A DNA stretch of 49,578 nt from an uncultured Alphaproteobacteria bacterium (GCA_938084065.1 CALKDI010000019.1:1-49578), one strand, 5' to 3'; counted from the first letter of the stretch, positions 9,387-19,331 are shown. Translations and numbers: made by a program. Notes: generated by a model not told the origin, from the sequence alone.

Positions 9387-11401
9387 GGCGCAATCCAAGG
9401 CCGCGCCGGCCAGCGGGAGGAGGCGCGGGTGATCGCCTTTTCGTCCAGATACAGCAACACTGTCTCATCAAATCCTGACCACCAATCGCAAGCCGCCACC
9501 TTGAAGCGGCTGATGCCGTAGTCCGTGGCTAGGCAATCCGCCGCCGCGGAGGGGTCTTCCACCAAAGCAATCTGGCCATCGCTCGACGACCAGATACAGG
9601 CCTGCCCATCGCAGCCGAAACGCACACCGCCGGCACTATCGGTGATGCCCGAGGGCCAGGGCAGGGGGTCGGCCCCGGTTTCCTTGAGCCATTGCTTGCG
9701 CACGAACCCACCGCGGCCCTGCATCCAATAATGGCCATCGCGGTCGCTCACGGCCAAAAGGTCTCGGGCGACGATGATATCTGGCGGGCGGGCGGTCAGT
9801 GGCGCCAGTAATCCGACCAGTACGATCGGTACGCCCCACCAGCGCCATCGCTCCTGCCAGATCGCCCACCAGAGGCCGCCCACAGCCGCACAACCGATGC
9901 CCCAGAACGGCACCGGCCCGACCCGCCCCACCGCTCCATCGACCGAACCCAGGGCGTAGGCAACGGTCAGAATCACCTCGACCCCTATGCCAGCAACCGG
10001 CCAGATCAGGGTCTCGCCGCCGACTGGTGCCAGCAACAGGCCCACCACCAAAGCGGGCATCACCCAGAAGGCGAACACCGGGACAGCTACCAGATTGGCG
10101 AAGACACTCAGCAAGGCGATCTGGTGAAAATGGAAGGCGGCGAACGGCATGGTCGCAAACGTCGCCACCACGGTCGTCGCCGCGACGCCGACCACATACC
10201 GGACCACCCAGGGCCATTTCTGCCCAATCTTGCCATGCAGCCGCCTATGCCGCCGCCATGTTTCGAACACCGCGACCAGCCCAATTACCGCAGCGAACGA
10301 CAGTTGAAAGCTGGGGGAGAGGATCGACTCCGGCGCAAAGGCCAGCACGATAACAACCGCCCACGCGACCGGGCGCATTGACAACTCAACCCGGTCAAGC
10401 AGCAAGGCGATCAGCACCAGCCCCAGCATGATCATCGCGCGCTGGGTTGGTACGCTGCCGCCGGAAAATAAGAGATATCCCATGCCAGCGATCAAGCCTG
10501 CCGCCGCCGCCCATTTGTGGATCGGATAGCGCAGTGCCAAGTAGGGCACCAATGCCAGCCCGGCCCGGGTCGCCACCAGGATCAGCCCAACGACCAGCCC
10601 CACATGCAGGCCCGAAATGGCCAGCAAATGGCCCAACCCGGAATTGCGCATAGCCTCAGCATCTTCTCGGGAAATATCGCCACGCCAGCCTGTGGTGACG
10701 CCGACCAGAACGCCGCCGGCCCGATCTGGCACCAGGGCTAGCAAACGCTTGCGTAACCAGGCTCGAGCATCGGCGAGTGGGCCTGCCTCTCGACATTGTC
10801 CGGCCAAGGTTGTCGTGCGACCCAGCCAGCCCTCGGCACCTACCCGGTCGAAAAACGCGATGCGTCTGGGGTCATAGCTGTTCGGGTAAATCGCGCCGCT
10901 GACTGGAAACAGGCGCGCATTGACGGCCAGCCGATGCCCCGGCCCCAGTCCCTCCGGTGGATTGCGCCAGCGGAACCGGGCACGCAGACCATCGGGCAAG
11001 GGCGTGCCTGCACTCCATCCACCAACGATGATTTCGGTGTAGGAACTGCGTGGTGTCACCCGGCGGACGCATGCTTCGGCCTCGAACTTAGCGGTTGGTT
11101 GTTGCAGGCGCGGAGCCTCCGCCATTGCTACCCGCAACTGGCCGGCAGCAAAGCCCGCAGCCAGCATCAGGCCAACCAATGCCATCGCACGAATTGCAGG
11201 ATGGGGGGCCAAGAACATCAACAGGATGGCTGGGCCGGCCGCGACTGCCGCAGTCAAAGCCGGTGGTTCAGCGGGCAGTAGGAAATAGGTAGCAACGCCG
11301 GCAGCGAATGCGGCGGCGAGCCAGAGCGGCCTACGGCGGGTCTCCGCCAGCCAGGTTTCAGCCAGCCATTCCGCAGCGCTTCGCCCTAGCCGGTCTAGCA
11401 C
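9383..11401 (-). CDS. comEC: ComEC/Rec2-family DNA internalisation channel protein
   Basis: 672 aa polytopic membrane protein with DUF4131-like N-terminal TMs and a competence-domain core ([14 protein letters not shown]). GTG start. Conserved comEC-gltX-gltA neighbourhood. Confidence 0.85.
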   Translation of the reverse strand: MLDRLGRSAAEWLAETWLAETRRRPLWLAAAFAAGVATYFLLPAEPPALTAAVAAGPAILLMFLAPHPAIRAMALVGLMLAAGFAAGQLRVAMAEAPRLQQPTAKFEAEACVRRVTPRSSYTEIIVGGWSAGTPLPDGLRARFRWRNPPEGLGPGHRLAVNARLFPVSGAIYPNSYDPRRIAFFDRVGAEGWLGRTTTLAGQCREAGPLADARAWLRKRLLALVPDRAGGVLVGVTTGWRGDISREDAEAMRNSGLGHLLAISGLHVGLVVGLILVATRAGLALVPYLALRYPIHKWAAAAGLIAGMGYLLFSGGSVPTQRAMIMLGLVLIALLLDRVELSMRPVAWAVVIVLAFAPESILSPSFQLSFAAVIGLVAVFETWRRHRRLHGKIGQKWPWVVRYVVGVAATTVVATFATMPFAAFHFHQIALLSVFANLVAVPVFAFWVMPALVVGLLLAPVGGETLIWPVAGIGVEVILTVAYALGSVDGAVGRVGPVPFWGIGCAAVGGLWWAIWQERWRWWGVPIVLVGLLAPLTARPPDIIVARDLLAVSDRDGHYWMQGRGGFVRKQWLKETGADPLPWPSGITDSAGGVRFGCDGQACIWSSSDGQIALVEDPSAAADCLATDYGISRFKVAACDWWSGFDETVLLYLDEKAITRASSRWPARPWIAP

Positions 11402-11488
11402 TTTGGCCTGCTGCTATTGACGCTGGTCCGACCCATGCCGATAAACCCGTTCGGTGATTGCGCATTCCGCAATTCAGCCGATCTATTG

Positions 11489-11503
11489 GTTAACACTCTC
11501 TTA
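11489..11503 (-). promoter_or_regulatory. Full CtrA-type box TTAA-N7-TTAA(C) in the comEC/gltX divergent intergenic region
   Basis: Plus strand gGTTAAcactctcTTAAg, which reads TTAAgagagtgTTAAC on the comEC strand. Its near edge is 88 nt from the comEC GTG and its far edge 22 nt from the gltX ATG. Confidence 0.5.
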
Positions 11504-11524
11504 AGTCGTTAGGGCTCTATTGCC

Positions 11525-12922
11525 ATGTCAGTCGTGACCCGCTTCGCCCCGTCGCCGACGGGTTTCCTCCACATTGGCGGCGCTCGCACCGCGTTGTTCA
11601 ACTGGCTGTTCACGCAGCATCATGGCGGCAAATTCCTGCTGCGGATCGAGGACACAGACCGCAAGCGCTCGTCCCAAGAGGCGGTCGATGCGATTCTGGA
11701 CGGCCTGCGCTGGCTGGAACTCGGTTGGGACGGCGAACCGGTCTATCAGTTTGCCCAACAGGCCCGGCACGCGGAAGTCGCCCATGCCATGCTGGAGGCG
11801 GGGCACGCCTATCGCTGCTATTGCTCACCAGACGAGCTGACAGCGATGCGTGAGAAGGCCAAGGCCGAGAAGCGCCCGATCCGCTATGACGGCACTTGGC
11901 GTGACCGCGATCCATCGCAGGCGCCCGCAGGCGTCGATCCGGTGATCCGCCTGAAGGCGCCGCAAGACGGCGAGACAGTGATTGACGATCTGGTGCAGGG
12001 CCGCGTCACCGTCCAGAACGCCGAACTGGACGACATGGTGTTGCTGCGCGCCGACGGCACGCCGACCTATATGCTGAGCGTCGTGGTAGACGATCACGAC
12101 ATGGGCTGCACCCACGTGATCCGCGGCGACGACCATCTGAACAACGCCTTCCGCCAGGCGCAGGTGTTCATGGCGATGGGCTGGGACCTGCCGGTGTTCG
12201 CGCATATTCCGCTGATCCATGGTGCCGATGGTGCCAAGCTCTCAAAGCGACACGGTGCGCTGGGCGTCGATGCCTACCGCGACATGGGCTTTTTGCCGGA
12301 GGCGGTGCGCAATTATCTGTTGCGCCTGGGTTGGGGGCATGGCGATGACGAGATCATCTCCACCGCGCAAGCCATTGAATGGTTCGATATGGATGGCGTC
12401 GGCCGGTCCGCCTCACGCTTTGACATGGCCAAGCTGACCAACTTGAATGGCCACTATCTGCGGAACACAGATGACGCCCGGCTGGTTGATCTGGTGGTGC
12501 CACTCCTGGCCGATGCCCACGACTCCGTGGTTGATGAGGCTGGCCGCGCCCGTCTGCTGGCTGGCATGGCTGGGCTGAAAGAGCGCGCCAAGGATTTGAA
12601 TGAACTGGCAGCCAACAGCGTCTTCTACGTCCGGGATGGCGCGCAACCGTTAAACGACAAGGCGGAAAAGCTGCTGGCCGGCGATGCACGTGCGCACCTG
12701 GCCAACATGGCAAACACGTTTGCGACTCTGGAACCCTGGACAGATGATGCGCTAGAGGCTGCCGTGCGTGAGGCTGCAGAGGCTGCCGATGTGAAACTGG
12801 GCAAGATGGCCCAGCCATTACGGGCCGCGCTGACCGGCTCCAACGCCTCACCCAGCCTGTTCGAGGTGATGCGCATTTTGGGACGGGATGAAACCTTGGC
12901 GCGGCTGCGTGGCCAAACGTAA
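11525..12922 (+). CDS. gltX: Glutamate--tRNA ligase
   Basis: Class I signatures [13 protein letters not shown] (HIGH) and AKLSKRHG (KMSKS). 465 aa. Confidence 0.95.
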   Translation: MSVVTRFAPSPTGFLHIGGARTALFNWLFTQHHGGKFLLRIEDTDRKRSSQEAVDAILDGLRWLELGWDGEPVYQFAQQARHAEVAHAMLEAGHAYRCYCSPDELTAMREKAKAEKRPIRYDGTWRDRDPSQAPAGVDPVIRLKAPQDGETVIDDLVQGRVTVQNAELDDMVLLRADGTPTYMLSVVVDDHDMGCTHVIRGDDHLNNAFRQAQVFMAMGWDLPVFAHIPLIHGADGAKLSKRHGALGVDAYRDMGFLPEAVRNYLLRLGWGHGDDEIISTAQAIEWFDMDGVGRSASRFDMAKLTNLNGHYLRNTDDARLVDLVVPLLADAHDSVVDEAGRARLLAGMAGLKERAKDLNELAANSVFYVRDGAQPLNDKAEKLLAGDARAHLANMANTFATLEPWTDDALEAAVREAAEAADVKLGKMAQPLRAALTGSNASPSLFEVMRILGRDETLARLRGQT

Positions 12923-13116
12923 ACCCGTTCTTATGTCAAGCGCTTGCAAAAGGGTTCGGGAAAGCAGTATCAATCATTGATCAAAACGAGAGATAGGCAG
13001 GTGGCAGCCAGATTGAATTGCCAAACTTGGCGCCCACGTTTATGCTGCAGTGCAATGAATTATATCCTGACCGTCGGTACAGGCCCGGTCAGGGCCCGCA
13101 GAAGATGAGGAATACA

Positions 13117-14421
13117 ATGACAAATTCCGGAACCAATCACACCGTCACTGTCACCGACAGCGCGACAGGCAAAGAGACGATCTTGCCAGTGTTGCATGGC
13201 TCCGCCGGCGCTCCGGTCATCGACATTCGGTCCTTGTATAAGGAAACTGGCCTGTTCACGTTCGATCCCGGTTATACCGCCACGGGCGCATGTGAATCGA
13301 AAGTCACCTATATCGACGGCGATAACGGGGTTCTGCAGTACCGGGGCTATCCGATTGAGCAATTGGCCGAACATTCCAACTACATGGAAGTCTGCTACCT
13401 GCTGATGAATGGCGAGTTGCCGAACGCAGCCGAATACAAGAATTTCGAGCACACCATCACCAATCACACGATGGTGCACGATCAGCTGGCGAATTTCTTC
13501 CGTGGCTTCCGTCGCGATGCCCACCCGATGGCCATTCTGTGCGGTGTCGTTGGTGCGCTATCCGCGTTCTATCATGACTCGACCGACATCGAAGACCCAC
13601 ACCACCGCATGGTTGCCAGCCATCGCCTGATCGCGAAAATGCCGACGATCGCCGCCATGGCGCATAAATACTCCATCGGCCAGCCGTTCATGTATCCGAA
13701 GAACGATCTGGGTTATGCCGCCAACTTCCTGCACATGTGCCATGCGGTGCCGGCAGAAGACTACAAGGTTGACCCGATTGTCGCCAAGGCGCTGGACCTG
13801 ATCTTCATCCTGCACGCCGATCACGAGCAGAACGCCGGCACCTCCACCGTGCGTCTGGCCGGCTCCACCGGTGCCAACCCGTTCGCCTGTATCGCTGCCG
13901 GTTGTGCTGCGCTGTGGGGTCCGTCCCATGGCGGCGCGAACGAAGAAGTGCTGAAAATGCTCACCGAAATCGGCACGAAAGAGAACGTGCCGGCGATGGT
14001 GAAGAAAGCCAAAGACCCGGACGACCCGTTCCGCCTGTTCGGCTTCGGCCACCGCGTCTACAAAAACTTTGACCCGCGCGCGACCGTTATCCAGAAGGCC
14101 GCGCACGACATGCTCAACGTGCTGGGGCTCACCGATCCGCTGATGGAAGTGGCGTTGGAGCTGGAGCGGGTTGCGTTGGAGGATGAGTATTTCATCAAAC
14201 GCCGCCTGTACCCGAACGTCGATTTCTATTCCGGCTTTATGCTGAAGGCGATGGGCTTCCCAGTGCCGATGTTCACCGCGCTGTTCGCTATCGGTCGCAC
14301 CGTCGGCTGGATCAGCCAGTGGAACGAGCTGATTGAAGACCCGAGCCAGAAAATCAACCGCCCGCGCCAGCTCTACACCGGCGTCATTGACCGGGCCTAC
14401 GTGCCGATGGCTAACCGATAA
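13117..14421 (+). CDS. gltA: Citrate synthase
   Basis: [14 protein letters not shown] and [13 protein letters not shown] signatures. ATG at 13117 with SD GAGGA 5-10 nt upstream is preferred over the TTG at 13018. Confidence 0.93.
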   Translation: MTNSGTNHTVTVTDSATGKETILPVLHGSAGAPVIDIRSLYKETGLFTFDPGYTATGACESKVTYIDGDNGVLQYRGYPIEQLAEHSNYMEVCYLLMNGELPNAAEYKNFEHTITNHTMVHDQLANFFRGFRRDAHPMAILCGVVGALSAFYHDSTDIEDPHHRMVASHRLIAKMPTIAAMAHKYSIGQPFMYPKNDLGYAANFLHMCHAVPAEDYKVDPIVAKALDLIFILHADHEQNAGTSTVRLAGSTGANPFACIAAGCAALWGPSHGGANEEVLKMLTEIGTKENVPAMVKKAKDPDDPFRLFGFGHRVYKNFDPRATVIQKAAHDMLNVLGLTDPLMEVALELERVALEDEYFIKRRLYPNVDFYSGFMLKAMGFPVPMFTALFAIGRTVGWISQWNELIEDPSQKINRPRQLYTGVIDRAYVPMANR

Positions 14422-14475
14422 CGGCTTTGGCTGCGTCTCGGACTTGATCTGAGCGCGCCATACGGCTCTGATAGA

Positions 14476-14513
14476 GGCTCTTGAGTTTTAACGCTCCAGA
14501 GCCTTTTTCTTTT
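14476..14513 (+). terminator. Rho-independent terminator of gltA
   Basis: GGCTCTTGAG-ttttaacg-CTCCAGAGCC (10-bp stem, one mismatch) followed by TTTTTCTTTT. Confidence 0.7.
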
Positions 14514-14534
14514 GCCACCAGGAGCCGCCCCGCA

Positions 14535-16163
14535 ATGCTTGAAGCTACGCCCGACGCTATGATCGTCGCCGCCCAACCCGAAGCCGCGGAGGCCGGCGCT
14601 CGTGTGTTGAAGGCCGGCGGCAACGCTATTGATGCGGCAATGGCTGCGGCTCTGGTGCAAGGCGTGGTCGATCCACAGATGTGTGGCATTGGTGGCTTTG
14701 GCAATTGCCAGATCTATATGCCGGGCAAGGGCGTGCACACCTGCCTGGATTTCCACGGCAAGACCCCTTTAGCCGCCAAGCCGGACATGTGGCACAACCT
14801 GCTGATTGAGGAGACGCGGGACGGCTTTGGCTTTGTCCTGAAGGATAACGTCAACGACCTCGGCTATGGCTCCATCACTACGCCCGGCTCGCTCATGGCC
14901 TATTATGAGGCGGTGCGCGATTTCGGCACCTGGGACTGGTCCGATGTGGTCGCCCCCGCCATCGTTCAGGCAGACCAGGGCTTTGCCGTCCGCCCGCACG
15001 TTTATTTCTGGTGGACCCATGGCGCAGCCCTTGGCCGGGTGCAGGTGGACGAGCGGCTGGCATTCTCTGCCACTGGCCGCCAGGTCTATTTCACCGATGA
15101 TGGCAAGGGTGGCCGCCGGTTGCGGCGTATCGGCGAGCGGGTGCATAACCCGGACTTGGCGCAGACCCTGCGCACGCTCCAGCGCGACGGCATCGATACT
15201 TTCTATCGTGGCGAGATCGCCGACCGGATTGATGCGGATATGCAGGCCGGCGGCGGCCTGATGCGCAAGGCCGACCTGGAGGCCTACAAGGTTGGCCGTT
15301 CCGATCCGATTGAGACGCTGTATCGGGGCCTGCGGGTTGCCTCCTGCCACCCGCCAGGCGGCGGTGTGATGCTGCTGGAAATGCTCAATATTCTGGAGAA
15401 TTTTGATCTGAAAGGCATGGGCCACAACGCAACCGATTATATCCGCGTGGTTTCCGAGGCGATGAAGATCGCGACGGCGGACAAGGAAATGCATGTGGGC
15501 GACCCGGCCTTCGTCAACGTGCCGCTCGACCGGCTCACCGGCAAAGACTACGCCGCCGAGTGCGCCGCCCGCATCAAGGCCGGCGAGCGTGCCCATGTTG
15601 AGCGCGTGACCGCCGAATCGCCGCAAACCACGCACATCGCGGTCGTCGACAAGGACGGCAATTGCGTGACCATGACCCATTCGCTCGGCATGCCATCCGG
15701 CGTGATCACCGATGGCCTGGGCTTCATGTACAATGGCTGCATGAGCGTGTTCGACCCGCGGCCAGGCCGCGCTGGCTCCGTCGCGCCCGGCAAGAGCCGC
15801 TTTTCCAGCCTCTGCCCGACCATCGTGTTTGAGGGCGAGCGGCCCAAGATCGTCATCGGTGCACCCGGCGGTACGCAGATAGCTATGGGAATTTTGCAAG
15901 CCCTACTCAACGTCATCGACCACGACATGCCCATCGACCGGGCGGTGAGCGCGCCGCGCTTTTCCTCCACCTCCAATGCCATCGACATCACCAACCGCAT
16001 TCCCGATTATACCGTCGAGCCGTTGCGCGACGCTGGCTATGAGGTCATCCGCTCCGCACTGACGTTCCACATCGCGGCGGTGCACGGAATTACCATTGGT
16101 GCCGATGGGGCTATGGAAGGTGGTGCCGACCCTGGCCATGATGGCGTGGCGCTGGCAGTCTAG
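14535..16163 (+). CDS. ggt: Gamma-glutamyltransferase family protein (no signal peptide)
   Basis: Autoprocessing/nucleophile region PQTTHIAVVDKDGNCVTMTHSLG. ATG at 14535 is preceded by AGGAG. The ORF-track TTG at 14481 lies inside the gltA terminator stem. Confidence 0.85.
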   Translation: MLEATPDAMIVAAQPEAAEAGARVLKAGGNAIDAAMAAALVQGVVDPQMCGIGGFGNCQIYMPGKGVHTCLDFHGKTPLAAKPDMWHNLLIEETRDGFGFVLKDNVNDLGYGSITTPGSLMAYYEAVRDFGTWDWSDVVAPAIVQADQGFAVRPHVYFWWTHGAALGRVQVDERLAFSATGRQVYFTDDGKGGRRLRRIGERVHNPDLAQTLRTLQRDGIDTFYRGEIADRIDADMQAGGGLMRKADLEAYKVGRSDPIETLYRGLRVASCHPPGGGVMLLEMLNILENFDLKGMGHNATDYIRVVSEAMKIATADKEMHVGDPAFVNVPLDRLTGKDYAAECAARIKAGERAHVERVTAESPQTTHIAVVDKDGNCVTMTHSLGMPSGVITDGLGFMYNGCMSVFDPRPGRAGSVAPGKSRFSSLCPTIVFEGERPKIVIGAPGGTQIAMGILQALLNVIDHDMPIDRAVSAPRFSSTSNAIDITNRIPDYTVEPLRDAGYEVIRSALTFHIAAVHGITIGADGAMEGGADPGHDGVALAV

Positions 16164-16245
16164 CGCTCTTGACCTAGCGCAATGGGCCGGGCTGCGGAAT
16201 ATGCTGTAGTGCCGGTCACACCGCTTTTGGGACAGGCTATCGCAG

Positions 16246-17511
16246 ATGACACCACCTGACCTACTGCCCGTCACCCGGCCAAAGTTGCGCCGACGCCTGT
16301 CGCTGACGCTGGTGATCCTTTATGGCCTGGGTGTCACCATCGGCGCAGGCATCTATGTCTTGATTGGAGCGACGGCCGGGCGAGCAGGCATCCATGCGCC
16401 GGTGGCGTTTGTGCTGGCCGCCGTGGTCATGGGCTTTTCCGCCGCCACGTTCTGTGAGTTTGTCGTTCGCTTCCCCGTAAGCGCTGGCGAAGCTGCCTAT
16501 GTGCGGGCCGGGTTTGGCTCGCAAAGCGTGGCGTTGCTGGTCGGAATGGCTGTCATGGTGGGCGGGGTGGTTTCGTCCGCGACTATCAGCCTGGGAGCAG
16601 CGGGCTATATAGGCGCGTTTCTGTATCCGATTGTTACGATGGAACGCAGCACTCTGACCGTCGTGGTGATTGTCGTGGTCGCGGCGGTGGCATGCGTTGG
16701 TATCCTCGAGTCGGTGGCTTTTGCGGGATTGATGACCCTGATTGAGATGGGCGGCCTACTCGCCATCATAGTTGGCGGCGTCGTTGGCACGCCAGATCTG
16801 CTGGCGCGACTACCGGAGGTGGTGCCGACCTCGTTCGATACCATCGTGTGGAGCGGTATTATCGGCGCGACGCTTTTGGCCTTCTTCGCCTTTATCGGGT
16901 TCGAGGACATGGTCAACGTCGCCGAAGAAGTGCGCGAGCCAGAGCGCACCATGCCACGCGCAATCTTCATCACTCTAGGGCTGGCGACGCTGTTGTATTT
17001 CTTGGTGACGACCATTGCCGTGTTGAACGTCCCAATAGCCGAACTCGGCGGGTCGGCCGCACCGTTGGGGCTGGTGTTTGGTGCTGTCACATCTCTGCCG
17101 CCGGCCTTGATTGCTGCCATTGCCACCATCGCCACGGTCAACGGTATTATCATCCAGGTGATTATGGCCTCCCGCGTGCTGTTCGGCTTGTGCGATCAGG
17201 GCACGATCCGCGGCGCGGTTGGCCGTTTTCTCGGCCAGGTGAACAGCCGAACCGGCACGCCGGTTGTCGCCACATTGGCCATCGCCATCGTCGTGGGCGT
17301 GCTGGCCGTATCCTTCCCAATCGAACGACTGGCGGATGCGACGTCTCAAATTATTCTGGTGATTTTCATCGTGGTCAATCTGGCGCTGATCGCGCTGAAA
17401 TTGCGTGAGCGAGGTCAGTTGCAGCCGCCCAATCCCGGCTTTCGCGTGCCGCTATGGGTTCCATTCGCAGGTGCAGTTCTCAGCCTGGCTTTGATAGTTT
17501 TCGGCGGATAG
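16246..17511 (+). CDS. APC-superfamily amino acid permease
   Basis: 421 aa with about 12 predicted TM helices. N-terminal LSLTLVILYGLGVTIGAGIYVLIG is typical of APC transporters. Confidence 0.8.
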   Translation: MTPPDLLPVTRPKLRRRLSLTLVILYGLGVTIGAGIYVLIGATAGRAGIHAPVAFVLAAVVMGFSAATFCEFVVRFPVSAGEAAYVRAGFGSQSVALLVGMAVMVGGVVSSATISLGAAGYIGAFLYPIVTMERSTLTVVVIVVVAAVACVGILESVAFAGLMTLIEMGGLLAIIVGGVVGTPDLLARLPEVVPTSFDTIVWSGIIGATLLAFFAFIGFEDMVNVAEEVREPERTMPRAIFITLGLATLLYFLVTTIAVLNVPIAELGGSAAPLGLVFGAVTSLPPALIAAIATIATVNGIIIQVIMASRVLFGLCDQGTIRGAVGRFLGQVNSRTGTPVVATLAIAIVVGVLAVSFPIERLADATSQIILVIFIVVNLALIALKLRERGQLQPPNPGFRVPLWVPFAGAVLSLALIVFGG

Positions 17512-17552
17512 CAGGGCTGTGTTGCTGGAAGGGCTGTAGATTGGACTTAGTC

Positions 17553-17587
17553 AAGGCCTTCTGCCGCGACATGGGGCAGAAGGCCTT
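17553..17587. terminator. Bidirectional stem-loop between the convergent permease and radC-like genes
   Basis: Perfect 13-bp inverted repeat AAGGCCTTCTGCC-gcgacatgg-GGCAGAAGGCCTT. There is no strong U-tract on either side. Confidence 0.55.
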
Positions 17588-17625
17588 TGAAGGCTTTAGG
17601 AGCAACAGGCCAAACAAACTGCATC

Positions 17626-19200
17626 TCATCGCTGATGCCGGTTTCTCCCAGCTACATGACGGGCAGTTGCCGAACCTGCTGTTGATTTTGGACTCGCCCA
17701 ATCAGCAGCGAGCCGTGGCATCCGTCCCGCTTCGGCGAGGCTGGCATGACCGGTCTCAGCAATAACGATATGATCCACCACCCGGATGCCTACAGAATGG
17801 CAAGCCTGATCTACCTGGAGCGTCATCGCCACGTCGGCTTGTGATGGCTCCGGGTCGCCCGTCGGGTGATTGTGAACCAGCACGATGTATTGAGCGCCTA
17901 ACCGCAACCCCCGGCTCGCGATTTCTCGTGGTTGTACCGGAGCGGTGTTCACCGTGCCGCGACTGAGAACCTCATCCCATAGCAGGCGATGGTCTGCTGC
18001 CAGGAATAGCGCATGCAGGTGTTCCACCTCTCCATAAGCAAGCGCAGCCCGGCAATAGCGCACGAGGGCGGGCATATCCTCCAGTGGTGGTGCAGCGAGT
18101 ATTTGCGCCCGCAGCAGGCGTTGTGCGGCCTCACCGATGACGGCCAGTTGGACTGCCGCGCTTTCGATATTGTCTGGTCGGATTGCAGCGTCTCGGGTTT
18201 GCAACACATAGAGCAGTTCATCGATTGGTGTTGATAACAGCCGACCCAGATTGCCGAAGCGCGAAATCAGATCGGCGGCGAGTTGGGCGCGAGTGTTCTC
18301 TGAAGCGGCTCTGCGCAGCAGCAGCGACAGCAACTCAGCGTCTGGTAGTTGACCAACCTTACCAGCCGCTACCCGCTCTTGCAGTGCGGCGAGGCTACCC
18401 TCTGGTTCTGCATACCAGCCATTGAACCCAGGGTCGGGAGCAGCGACACGCTCAGCCTCGTAGGCTGGTGCGACCTCCAGGACGCCCATGCTGCGTAGGC
18501 TCATATAGTTGTCAGCTGCGATGATGATGTAGTCATGCATAAGCACCGACACTGGCGCGCCGGCGTCACGGATGCTGCGGGCGAGGGCGTGGTCAGCCTG
18601 CGTATCCGTTAACTGGCCATCAGGACTAAGCCGGACCACGATCAAGCCGGAGGCGCCATGCCGTAAAGCGGTGGTAATGCCTGTGTGGGTGATCGTGGTG
18701 ATATCCTGCGTGTCGGCGAACAATACCGGATCCGTCAAAAGGCGATGGCGGTAGTCCAATAACAGCAAGGCTACCGCGGGTTGATCAAAGCCGGTGAATT
18801 GCTGCCGGCAATAGGCGCCAACTGCGTTCCAACTGCCGAGGAGTGGTGCGTCTGAATGGCTGGTTTGGGCGATGCGCGATGCGGCCTCGCGGACCGCTTC
18901 CATGTGGACAGCCATACCGCCACCAAAGCCAGATACGAGCTTGCTTGCATATATCGACAGCGGGTCGCGCATCACTGCGGCCACGCCAGCGCCGAGGAGA
19001 GGGCGTGCCGAGTTGGTCTTCTGGGGCGGGCAGGTAGCGGCAATTAGGGCATGGGCCAGGGCTTTGGTATCGCCCCTTGGCTGGACGTGACCCAGCAGCA
19101 TCTCAATGATTTCATGATCCAAGAAAGCGCGTGCACCCCCCACGAGAAACCGTTGGCGTAACCTTGCGCGATGCCCACTAGCCGAAGCGGGTGCCGTCAT
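17626..19200 (-). CDS. Tandem-duplicated RadC-family protein (degenerate JAB/MPN module plus intact JAMM module)
   Basis: Residues 1-240 form a complete RadC-like unit (GHRARLRQRFLVGG...), but its JAMM position reads VRLSPDGQLTDTQAD. Residues about 270-490 form a second unit with PREI...HNHPTGDPEPSQAD intact. Confidence 0.8.
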   Translation of the reverse strand: MTAPASASGHRARLRQRFLVGGARAFLDHEIIEMLLGHVQPRGDTKALAHALIAATCPPQKTNSARPLLGAGVAAVMRDPLSIYASKLVSGFGGGMAVHMEAVREAASRIAQTSHSDAPLLGSWNAVGAYCRQQFTGFDQPAVALLLLDYRHRLLTDPVLFADTQDITTITHTGITTALRHGASGLIVVRLSPDGQLTDTQADHALARSIRDAGAPVSVLMHDYIIIAADNYMSLRSMGVLEVAPAYEAERVAAPDPGFNGWYAEPEGSLAALQERVAAGKVGQLPDAELLSLLLRRAASENTRAQLAADLISRFGNLGRLLSTPIDELLYVLQTRDAAIRPDNIESAAVQLAVIGEAAQRLLRAQILAAPPLEDMPALVRYCRAALAYGEVEHLHALFLAADHRLLWDEVLSRGTVNTAPVQPREIASRGLRLGAQYIVLVHNHPTGDPEPSQADVAMTLQVDQACHSVGIRVVDHIVIAETGHASLAEAGRMPRLAADWASPKSTAGSATARHVAGRNRHQR

Positions 19201-19256
19201 CAGTTGTATCCGCGCGTGTTGCGTCGCTGCATATCAGCAGGAGAGCGCGAGTCGGA

Positions 19257-19271
19257 TTAACGACTGGTTAA
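19257..19271 (-). promoter_or_regulatory. Full CtrA-type box TTAA-N7-TTAA upstream of the tandem radC-like gene
   Basis: TTAAcgactggTTAA, with its near edge 57 nt upstream of the ATG at 19200. A GANTC (GAGTC) site lies at 19249-19253, and further TTAA half-sites lie at 19288 and 19315. Confidence 0.5.
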
Positions 19272-19331
19272 TGCAAGGTGGATTTGGTTAAGTTTTGGTA
19301 GGGAGTTCGGCGAATTAACCAGGAGGCTTTG

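Noticed and set aside
9636-10353. Several 180-190-aa Arg/Pro/Gly-rich ORFs on both strands inside comEC
   Set aside because: They are low-complexity translations of alternative frames of a GC-rich membrane-protein gene. The comEC frame gives coherent TM helices.
13018-13116. N-terminal extensions offered by the ORF track. Examples: gltA from TTG 13018; 2Fe-2S subunit from 22554; FAD subunit from 23557; ACAD from 27165; SDR from 39387; mobA from 41382; gor from 47101; ispB from 47956; hemC from 8303
   Set aside because: In each case an internal ATG or GTG with a nearby Shine-Dalgarno gives a protein whose N-terminus and length match the family. The extensions are Arg/Pro-rich, overlap neighbouring genes or promoters, and carry no homology-like motifs.
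14769-15899. 376-aa ORF on the minus strand, entirely antisense to ggt
   Set aside because: Its composition is Arg/Ala/Gly/His-rich and low in complexity, as expected when a high-GC gene is read in the antisense frame. It has no recognisable motifs, and the sense strand has clear GGT signatures.
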